In this document: positions 56,772-64,000 of the stretch, piece after piece
How the letters are laid out: each line of letters starts with the position of its first letter
Position numbering within the stretch: the first letter of the stretch is position 1
From: Candidatus Latescibacterota bacterium
GTDB lineage: Bacteria > Latescibacterota > UBA2968 > UBA8231
Assembly (NCBI GenBank): GCA_965223905.1
Contig: CBDCXV010000011.1
Coordinates: forward strand, 608,001 to 672,000
Length of the DNA: 64,000 nt
Direction: 5' to 3'
Notes under the pieces: generated by a model
Databases searched by the model: none
Told to the model about the DNA's origin: nothing
What the model saw: only the letters and a program-made list of their open reading frames with translations
Made by a program: the position numbers and the translations under genes

Positions 56772-59615
56772 TCAGAAATCCCATCCGAAAAAAAAGTCCC
56801 AATGGGTGTTGTCCCCGATCGATTTGAAATCGGTGCGGCGCGAGGCGTCCAGCCGGAAAACGAAGACGCCGCCCAGTGCGACGCGGACGCCCGTCCCGAA
56901 GCTGCCGCGCCAGTCGCCGAAGCGGTCGTTCCAGGCGTTGCCGGCATCGACGAACAAGGCGCCGCGAAAGGCGCTCAGGTCGATGTTTCCGAACGGGAAC
57001 GCCAGCACGATGCGGTCGAGCAGTGGAAAGCGAAGCTCGTGGTTTGCGAGAAGGAGGTTGTTCCCCCAGAGCGAGCGCCACGGGTATCCCCTGAGGGTCC
57101 AGCTGCCGCCCAGGGAGAAGAACTCCGGCACTTCCCCGCGGCTGTGCCTGGCCATGTAGCGCACTGCGAAGCTGCTGCGCCGGGACAGGCGCAGGTAGCG
57201 GCGATAGTCCCCGAAGAGGGTCACGTTGAAGCGGCGGGAGCTCTTGAAGTCGACGCTCTGGCCTGCCCCGAAACTGTAGCGGGTACCCTCCAGCGGCCCG
57301 GTGGGAATCCAGAAGCTGCCGTCGTGGGTGTAGCTGACGTGGTTCGACATCAGCCAGCCCTTGAGCCTGCGGCCCTGGAAGCTCCGGTCGATATCGGCGT
57401 GGCGGACCGAAAGCCGGGTCACGATGCGGTTGTTGCGGCTGAAGGGATAGCTGAACTCGGTGTAGGCGCCGGTACGCTTCTCGCGCACGAAGCGGCCGAA
57501 GCGGCTGGAGAAGCGATCGTTGAGGCGGTATACCCCCCAGGCGATGTTGAGCTGACGGGCGAGGTGGAGGCGGCCCAAGGCGAGATTGAGGCCGTTGAAA
57601 AAACCGACGTCGCTGCCGGATATGTGAGACAGGACGAAGTAGAACTGGTCGTTCCCGAGGATGTCGCTCAAGGCGATCTGGATACCGCCAGAGGTCCCGA
57701 AAACCGGGTCCTGCGATATCTGGCTCTGCGCGATGTCGAGGCTGAGGTGCTTGCGGTAGCGGCTCTTGACGATGGCCCCGGAAGCGCCCGATCCCTCGAG
57801 GGTCCAGCCCGAGTCCGCGGCCGCGGCGAGGGAGTCGAGGTCCGTGGGCTCTCCGGGCACGGATTCCTCGTCGCTGCCGGGTGGTTCGAGGTCGAGCCGG
57901 TAGATCTGAAAGCCGCCGCCCTCGAAACCGGTATAGAGAAGCCCGCTTTCGTCAGGCAGCCAGGCCGGGTCGAAAACGCCGGTGAGAACCCTCGTCAGTC
58001 TGCGCAGGCTCGCCGCCCCGGGGTCCTGCAGGTCGAGCTGAAACAGGTCGTACCTCCCGTCCCGATCCGAACTGAAGGCAATGCGGCTGCCGTCGGGGGA
58101 CCACGCCGGGTGCAGGTCGTTGTTCTTCCCCCGGGTCAGCGGGCGCACCTTCCGGGCAGCGAGATCGTACTCGAAGAGGTTGTAGTACCCCTCGCGGCCC
58201 GCAGCCTCCCAGCGGTCCGAGCTGAAAACCAGGCGGTCATCGGCGGGATGCCAGTCCGGGTCCCGGTCGTGAAACAGGTCGGCGGTCAGGCGCGTAAGCT
58301 CACCGCTGGCGACGTTCACCACGTGCAGGTCGGAAATCCCCCCCTTGCCGGCTCCGGAAAAGGCTATGCGGCCCCCCTCCGGCGACCAGGTCGGGCTCGA
58401 TATGGCGACGACGTTTTCGAACCGCATTGTCGCCGCCAGGCGTCCGGCGCCCAAGTTCCAGACGTGCAGGCGGTCGCGTCCCATGCGCTTGGCGGAGAAG
58501 GCGAGGAAGCGGCCGTCGGGAGAAACGGCGAGACTGCTGTTCAGCTCGTGAAGGGATTCGTACTGCGGCAGCCGCGTGCCGGCGACGACGACCTCCGGCT
58601 CGGCACCGACCCCCTGCAGAGGCGCCCGGGCGATCTGGGAATGCCCGCGGTGATTGTGAAAAAACAGCACCTCCGGCTCTCCGCCGTCTGACTTGCCGCC
58701 AGGGGCGATCTCCGGCTTTAGATTGAAACCGGCATGGGTGACCGCCTGGGAAATCTCCCCGGGGGGATCGCTGCTTTCAATATCGGGCAGGTAGGTCTTG
58801 CGGAGGTAATAGGCCCACTTCTCGTCGAACTCGGCGAGCGGATCGCCGGTGGTGATCTCGAACACCTCGGCGAACTCCTCGGACCGCCACCAGTTGCCGA
58901 GAAGGCGGACGAAGACATCCTCGCCGTAGCGGGCGGCCATGAATTCGCAGATCGACTGCCCCTCCTTGTACATCTGGAAGGTGCCATGGATGCGGTGCAT
59001 CTGCGCGATCGGCACCAGGCGCTGGGAGAACAGGGCGTCGCGGATGATCATGTCGCCGTAGCTGTCCCACGACCCGGACCAGTACTCGGCCAGCCCCTCG
59101 GAGAACCACAGCGGTCCGCGCCGGAAGCGGGCGGCACCCCTGGCCTTGAGCACGGTACGGATGCGGTCGAACATGAACACGTGCACGAGCTCGTGAACGA
59201 GGACGCGCTCGAACTCGGGAAGCGACCCGCTTAGCGGCAGGGCCACGCGCCCCTTCAGGGACTCGGTGAACCCGGCCACCCCTTCGGGAAGGAAGCCCGG
59301 TATGATGTTGGTCTGCTCGAAATAGACGTGCGACGAGTAGACGATCAGGGGTATGCGGCGCTGCACGGTATGGCCGGAAACCTGCTCGACGGTGCGGTAT
59401 CCCTCTTCGGCCATGCGGGCGGCATAGGAGGCGAGCTCCTGCTCTTCGGGATAGAAGTACAGGTCGAAGTGGGGGGTCTCCATCTTCTGCCAGTCGAACT
59501 CGTCGAACTGGACCTTGTTCTTGCCGAACTGGTACAGCTGCGCGCTCCCCCGCTCCGGGCCTGAAAGGCCTGCGGAGAGGAGAATGAGCCAGCAGAAAAT
59601 GCGCCCGGTCCGCAT
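56772..59615 (-). CDS. Omp85/BamA-TamA-family outer-membrane protein with N-terminal zincin (HEXXH) domain and PD40/TolB-like propeller
   Basis: Signal peptide, FGKNKVQF, HELVH...WFSEGLAEY, PTWSPEG / PDWHP / PAWSPDG repeats, LGGSWTLRGY, ELRFP, LFVDAG, C-terminal FFFGWDF. Confidence 0.85.
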   Translation of the reverse strand: MRTGRIFCWLILLSAGLSGPERGSAQLYQFGKNKVQFDEFDWQKMETPHFDLYFYPEEQELASYAARMAEEGYRTVEQVSGHTVQRRIPLIVYSSHVYFEQTNIIPGFLPEGVAGFTESLKGRVALPLSGSLPEFERVLVHELVHVFMFDRIRTVLKARGAARFRRGPLWFSEGLAEYWSGSWDSYGDMIIRDALFSQRLVPIAQMHRIHGTFQMYKEGQSICEFMAARYGEDVFVRLLGNWWRSEEFAEVFEITTGDPLAEFDEKWAYYLRKTYLPDIESSDPPGEISQAVTHAGFNLKPEIAPGGKSDGGEPEVLFFHNHRGHSQIARAPLQGVGAEPEVVVAGTRLPQYESLHELNSSLAVSPDGRFLAFSAKRMGRDRLHVWNLGAGRLAATMRFENVVAISSPTWSPEGGRIAFSGAGKGGISDLHVVNVASGELTRLTADLFHDRDPDWHPADDRLVFSSDRWEAAGREGYYNLFEYDLAARKVRPLTRGKNNDLHPAWSPDGSRIAFSSDRDGRYDLFQLDLQDPGAASLRRLTRVLTGVFDPAWLPDESGLLYTGFEGGGFQIYRLDLEPPGSDEESVPGEPTDLDSLAAAADSGWTLEGSGASGAIVKSRYRKHLSLDIAQSQISQDPVFGTSGGIQIALSDILGNDQFYFVLSHISGSDVGFFNGLNLALGRLHLARQLNIAWGVYRLNDRFSSRFGRFVREKRTGAYTEFSYPFSRNNRIVTRLSVRHADIDRSFQGRRLKGWLMSNHVSYTHDGSFWIPTGPLEGTRYSFGAGQSVDFKSSRRFNVTLFGDYRRYLRLSRRSSFAVRYMARHSRGEVPEFFSLGGSWTLRGYPWRSLWGNNLLLANHELRFPLLDRIVLAFPFGNIDLSAFRGALFVDAGNAWNDRFGDWRGSFGTGVRVALGGVFVFRLDASRRTDFKSIGDNTHWDFFFGWDF

Positions 59616-59617
59616 CG

Positions 59618-60706
59618 CTACCCCGGTCCAAGCAGACCGCCGAAGCCGGCGGCGGCGGTCAGGGGGCGGCGGATGTCGACCTTCCTGCCTTCGCGGAGGC
59701 CGTCGCGGAACGCCTCGCTCGCCGACACGCCGGAGGTGGTTCGGGTCTGCACGTACGGGTTCAGGTGGCGGTAGTATGCCTGCAGGCGGCTGTCCCCCTT
59801 CCACACGAGGTCATTGGAACCTCCGGGGCGCCAGGCGTTGGCCGCGGCCTCGGCTTCGCGGGGGAGCTTGTCGTGGAATCCCTGCGCGACTCCGGCATAG
59901 AAGCGCATGCGCTCGCGATTTCCGGTAAGACCGTTGTCGCGGCGGTACTGATTCCACAGCCGCGGCAGCAGCGTCCCGAGGTAGTCGTGGACGTAGGAGG
60001 CCATGGAGAGGTTGGTCGGGGTGCCGAACAGCTGCAGCACGGTTCCCATCCTGTCGCGCTGGGGGTGGTAGGTTCGCGCCCACAGCACCTCGACGAAGAA
60101 GAACTCGTTGAGGATCGCCGCCACCCACAGTTCCCACGTCGACCGCCGCCCCTTGACCTCGCCGATGGCCATGCAGTCGAAGTTGCGCTCGCGGTCAAGG
60201 GCCACGAGATCGACGTTGTACTCGAGCAGCATCCTGCGAGCCTTGTTCACCGCGGCCTGGGCCTCATGCTCGTTGGGACTGGTTGCCAGCGAGAGGATTT
60301 TCTTGAGGACGCGGACGATGCGCTCATCCTTTTCCCCCGCAGGCCGTTCACCGGTTGGAACCGAGCTGGCGCGAGGGGAGCAGCGCAGGATTTCGCAGGC
60401 GCGCCGGAAGGCCGGACCGTGCGGCGGTTCGTCGGCGTCGAGGACCTCCTGCGCGTACTGGTGGGCCATCTCGTGGCGCAGGGTATCCATGACCTCGAGC
60501 CAGGGATCGCGGCGCACGTGCTCGACGGAGATGGTGATGCGGCGCATGGCAGGGTCCCAACTGCCCAGCTGCCGGCAACCGGAAGCGAGCGTGATGAGCG
60601 GCCTTCGCAGGCGGCCCCCGGCGTACTCCTCGTTGTACTGGGAGAACCACAGGTAGAGCTTGCGGTTCCAGGCCGCCAGCAGTCCGGCGGCGATCTCCGG
60701 CTTCAT
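59618..60706 (-). CDS. SprT-like metalloprotease domain plus DUF2786-like domain protein
   Basis: LGSW...I...DTLRHEMAHQY...PHGPAF...C (SprT); KKILSLATSPNEHEAQAAVNKARRMLLEYN (DUF2786-like). Confidence 0.8.
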   Translation of the reverse strand: MKPEIAAGLLAAWNRKLYLWFSQYNEEYAGGRLRRPLITLASGCRQLGSWDPAMRRITISVEHVRRDPWLEVMDTLRHEMAHQYAQEVLDADEPPHGPAFRRACEILRCSPRASSVPTGERPAGEKDERIVRVLKKILSLATSPNEHEAQAAVNKARRMLLEYNVDLVALDRERNFDCMAIGEVKGRRSTWELWVAAILNEFFFVEVLWARTYHPQRDRMGTVLQLFGTPTNLSMASYVHDYLGTLLPRLWNQYRRDNGLTGNRERMRFYAGVAQGFHDKLPREAEAAANAWRPGGSNDLVWKGDSRLQAYYRHLNPYVQTRTTSGVSASEAFRDGLREGRKVDIRRPLTAAAGFGGLLGPG

Positions 60707-60726
60707 CCCTGCACCGCGATACTCCC

Positions 60727-61596
60727 TCAGCGCAGGGAGCGGATGAACGCCGGGGTGAAGCTGCCTGTCGCCACCTCGTCGACCGGCCCCTTCATCGTCA
60801 GGTCGAAATCGTCGGAGACCTCGATCTCGAGGGCGCCCCCCGGAGCCTGCACGGTGACCGGGCTGCCCACCAGTCCGAGGCGGACCGCGGCGCTGGCCGC
60901 GGCGCAGGATGAGGAGCCGGACGCCTGGGTCTCCCCTGCCCCCCTTTCCCAGATGAGGATGTAGATCGATTGCGGTCCGAGCGGAACGGCGAGCTGGACG
61001 TTGATGCGGCGCGGAAACAGCTCGTGGTTCTCGAGCCGGGGGCCGAGGTCGAGAAGCTCGCGGCGCGACCACTCCTGCCCCTTCTCTCTGAACAGGACGC
61101 AGTGCGGGTTGCCGACGCTGACCCCGGTGAACCGGAGCTCCCTGCCGTCTACCGGGATCGGCTGGTCGATCAGCTCCTCTGCGGCCAGGGTGCAGGGCAG
61201 GTCCGCCGGGCGGAAAGAGGCGCCCCCCATCGCGACCGTAGCGGCGCCGGCGTCTCCGTGGCGGTCGATGTGCAGCTCGATCTCGACGAGGCCGCCCACG
61301 GTATCTACGGTGAAGCGCCTGCGGCGGGTCCTTCCGGTCGAATGCAGGTAGCGCCCGAGAATGCGCAGGCCGTTCCCGGACTTTTCAGCTTCGCTGCCGT
61401 CGGGGTTGTATATTCTGACGCCGAAGTCCGCTGTTGCGGTGGGGGCGACGGCGAGGATACCGTCGCTTCCCAGACCCCGGTTGCGGTCGCACAGCGCCCT
61501 TATGGCACCTGGTGTGAGCTCGAAATCGAGATCGCCGGGATCGAGGGCGATGTAGTCGTTTCCGAGCCCGTGACCCTTGAAGAATCCGTTTCTCAC
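60727..61596 (-). CDS. dapF: Diaminopimelate epimerase family protein (Ser at both catalytic positions)
   Basis: FFKGHGLGNDY, DRNRGLGSDG, IYNPDGSEAEKSGNG, VSVGNPHCV, FPRRINV, WERGAGETQASGSSSCA. Confidence 0.88.
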   Translation of the reverse strand: MRNGFFKGHGLGNDYIALDPGDLDFELTPGAIRALCDRNRGLGSDGILAVAPTATADFGVRIYNPDGSEAEKSGNGLRILGRYLHSTGRTRRRRFTVDTVGGLVEIELHIDRHGDAGAATVAMGGASFRPADLPCTLAAEELIDQPIPVDGRELRFTGVSVGNPHCVLFREKGQEWSRRELLDLGPRLENHELFPRRINVQLAVPLGPQSIYILIWERGAGETQASGSSSCAAASAAVRLGLVGSPVTVQAPGGALEIEVSDDFDLTMKGPVDEVATGSFTPAFIRSLR

Positions 61597-61632
61597 GCCG
61601 CCGCCCCTTGTGACCATTGGCTGTTGTTTTCC

Positions 61633-62550
61633 ATGAAGTTGGACGACGAGGACAGAACGGTCAACGACGCTTCCGCTGGGGGTGAAGCCAGCCTCCGGCC
61701 CGCCATCGACGTCCGCCTGCTGTGCGCCTTTACCGCCGAGGCGCAGCCGCTGGTCAGGGGCTTGCGGCTCAAGCCTGCGCCTGCCGGGAGACAGGGGGGG
61801 CCGCGGCTCTGGGAAGGGCATTGGCAGGGTGTCGACCTGTCGCTGATCTCGTGGGGCCAAGGAGCCGCGGGCGCTGAGGCCGCGGTGCGAACGTTCCGCG
61901 GCGAAGGAGAAGGCCGCCTGCCCTGCGCCTGGCTCAACGTCGGCATCGCCGGCCATCAACGGCACCCGGTGGGAACCCCGCTGCTGGCGCACAAGATCAG
62001 CCGGCGCGACCTGGAGACCGCCAGCTTCTACCCGATGTTCTCCTTCACTCCCCCTTGTCCCACGGTCGAGGTCGCCACGGTCGCCCGGGAGGAGCGGGAG
62101 TACCCCGCCGACGCCGCGTACGACATGGAAGCCCACCCCTTCTTTGCCGCTGCCAGCGACCAGACGACGCCGGAGCTGATTCACTGCTTCAAGGTCGTAT
62201 CCGACAACCCTTCCACCCCGGCGGCGACGGTGACCGCGGCCAGGGCGAGGGCCCTTATCGGCGCCCACCTGCAGCTCGTCGCCGATATCATCGCGGAGCT
62301 CGCGGCGCTCCTGCGCCTCCCCGGGCCGCTGACCCCGGCCGACCCGGAATACCGGTGCCTGCTGGAACGCTGGCACTTCACCGAGACGCAGGGGCACCAG
62401 CTGCGGCTGCTGCTGCAACGCCTGCGGGCCGCGGCTCCCGGCATCGAAGTCGTGGCCGGCTTCCAGGGGCAGGGCCCGCGCACGGGGGCGGAGGTGATCC
62501 GCCTCCTGAAGAATCGCCTGGCACTGTCGCTTCCAGGCCGGATGGGGTGA
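61633..62550 (+). CDS. Nucleoside phosphorylase / MTA-SAH nucleosidase-like domain protein
   Basis: AFTAEAQPL, ISWGQG, WLNVGIAG, AYDMEA, HCFKVVSDN (PNP_UDP fold motifs) plus a helical C-terminal extension. Confidence 0.7.
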   Translation: MKLDDEDRTVNDASAGGEASLRPAIDVRLLCAFTAEAQPLVRGLRLKPAPAGRQGGPRLWEGHWQGVDLSLISWGQGAAGAEAAVRTFRGEGEGRLPCAWLNVGIAGHQRHPVGTPLLAHKISRRDLETASFYPMFSFTPPCPTVEVATVAREEREYPADAAYDMEAHPFFAAASDQTTPELIHCFKVVSDNPSTPAATVTAARARALIGAHLQLVADIIAELAALLRLPGPLTPADPEYRCLLERWHFTETQGHQLRLLLQRLRAAAPGIEVVAGFQGQGPRTGAEVIRLLKNRLALSLPGRMG

Positions 62551-62552
62551 CG

Positions 62553-63566
62553 ATGTTCGATTTCCTCTACGTCGAGGAAGCGGTGCGCGACTGCGAGCGC
62601 ACGCGGGAGATCTGCCGGCGCTTTCCCACCGCCACCATCGTCGACTGTGCCCGCTACGGCGAGATCTTCAACCGCTCCGGCCAGAGCTTCAGGCTCCAGA
62701 AACGCAACCCCGCCCTCATCCTCGCGGCAAAGCAGGGCCGGCGGGTGCTGCCGGCGCCCCCGGGCTACGGAATCGGCAGCAGCAGCAATTTCTACTTCTC
62801 CCACATGCTGAACTGCCTGTACGATTGCCGCTACTGTTTCCTTCAGGGAATGTACCGCTCCGCCCACATGGTGGTTTTCGTCAACTACGACGACTTCATG
62901 GCAGACATCGAGGAGGTGTTCCACGCGGACGCAGCCAGTGCAGAGCAGCTCGTGGAGCCCCATTTTTTCACCGGCTACGATTGCGACAGCCTGGCGATGG
63001 AGGGGATCACGGGATTCGTCGAAGACTTCCTGCCCTTTTTCGCTGCTCACCCGGAAGCGCTGTTCGAGCTGCGCACCAAGAGTGTGCGAACCGCCCCTCT
63101 GAAATCCGCACTCGGCAACGTCGTCGTCGCCTACAGCCTCAACCCGGGGGAGCTGGCCATGTACGAGAGTGGTGCTCCCCCGGTGCGCAGCCGCATCGCC
63201 GCCGCGGCTCGGCTTCAGCAAGCCGGATGGCCCGTCGGCCTGCGCTTCGATCCGCTGATCTGGTGCCCCGGTTTTCACCAGTCGTACCGGGGGCTTTTCG
63301 CCGAAACCTTTACCGAGGTGCGCGGGGACCGCGTCCATTCCGTCTCCCTCGGCACCCTGCGCCTGCCCCGCCCCTTCCACCGCCGCATGGAAGCGCTCTA
63401 CCCCGAAGAAGCGCTGTTCGCCCGCGGCCTCGAGGAAACCGCCGGGGAGACCGGGTATCCCGGCCGCCTTCGCGAAGAGATTCTCGGTTTCTGCCTGGAA
63501 GAGCTGCGGCGATACGTCCCGGAAGAGGTCCTGTTTCCGTGCCTGAGCACCTGCGCCCCGGAGTAG
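62553..63566 (+). CDS. Spore photoproduct lyase-like radical SAM protein
   Basis: NCLYDCRYCFLQG (CxxxCxxC), VFVNYDD, TGYDCDSL, ELRTKS, AYSLNP, E.GAP...RI.AA, GLRFDP. Confidence 0.85.
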   Translation: MFDFLYVEEAVRDCERTREICRRFPTATIVDCARYGEIFNRSGQSFRLQKRNPALILAAKQGRRVLPAPPGYGIGSSSNFYFSHMLNCLYDCRYCFLQGMYRSAHMVVFVNYDDFMADIEEVFHADAASAEQLVEPHFFTGYDCDSLAMEGITGFVEDFLPFFAAHPEALFELRTKSVRTAPLKSALGNVVVAYSLNPGELAMYESGAPPVRSRIAAAARLQQAGWPVGLRFDPLIWCPGFHQSYRGLFAETFTEVRGDRVHSVSLGTLRLPRPFHRRMEALYPEEALFARGLEETAGETGYPGRLREEILGFCLEELRRYVPEEVLFPCLSTCAPE

Positions 63567-63570
63567 CAAA

Positions 63571-64000
63571 ATGAGCCGGACGGTCCTGGTGACCGGGGCC
63601 AGCGCAGGGATCGGCCGCGCCGTGTGCGAGGCTCGCCTGGAAGCCTGGGATCGGGTCGTCGGCCTCGCCCGCGATTTCGGCAAATTCCCCTGTCAGGGGC
63701 TGACAGGTTTCGATGCGGTCGAGATCGACCTCGCCGACCTCGACGCGCTGCCTGGCCGGCTGGCCGGGATCGCCGCGGCTCACCCGGAGATCGACGCCCT
63801 TGTCTGCAACGCCGGAGAGGCGGTGTTCGGCCACCTCGAGCAGTTTTCCTACGACCGGATTCGCCGCGCTCTCGACCTCAACTTCACAAGCCAGGTCTTT
63901 CTCGTGCGCGCCTTTCTCCCGGGGTTCCGGAGGCGCGGCAAGGGGGATGTCGTGATGATCGGTTCCGAAGCTGCGGTCAAGGGCGGACGCCGGGGTTCGC
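63571..64000 (+). CDS. Short-chain dehydrogenase/reductase, truncated by window edge
   Basis: MSRTVLVTGASAGIGRA...IDLAD...ALVCNAG...LDLNF...MIGSEA. Starts 4 nt after the radical SAM stop. Confidence 0.85.
   Translation, partial: MSRTVLVTGASAGIGRAVCEARLEAWDRVVGLARDFGKFPCQGLTGFDAVEIDLADLDALPGRLAGIAAAHPEIDALVCNAGEAVFGHLEQFSYDRIRRALDLNFTSQVFLVRAFLPGFRRRGKGDVVMIGSEAAVKGGRRGS

Overview
GC-rich bacterial chromosomal segment, about 57 genes, mostly housekeeping and catabolic. Housekeeping genes include folE, phhB-like, queE, ispG, glgC, glgP, trpBA, serC, pepA, dcd, dnaB, coaBC, yicC and dapF. It also carries a small glycan-modification operon, many oxidoreductase/enolase/sulfatase-family genes and an Omp85/beta-propeller envelope cluster. 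The gene repertoire is compatible with an FCB-group organism such as Latescibacterota or Gemmatimonadota; this is inference only. No rRNA, tRNA, CRISPR array, transposase or prophage was recognised. Several genes have frameshifts, a 22-bp duplication, an in-frame TAG or large internal deletions (sulfite-oxidase-family gene, wbqC, dgoD-like, glgC, mgtE, glgP, a GNAT fragment), which suggests an error-prone assembly or real gene decay. Four observations stand out. (1) An archaeal-type CMP-kinase-family gene sits where gmk-rpoZ normally lies, between yicC and coaBC. (2) A nucleoside-phosphorylase-like / spore-photoproduct-lyase-like radical SAM / SDR operon has a radical SAM enzyme lacking the canonical SPL Tyr/Cys pair. 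(3) The DapF has Ser at both catalytic Cys positions. (4) A 3-copy MITE-like repeat always lies 5' of minus-strand genes, and one copy supplies the N-terminus of a glycosyltransferase.
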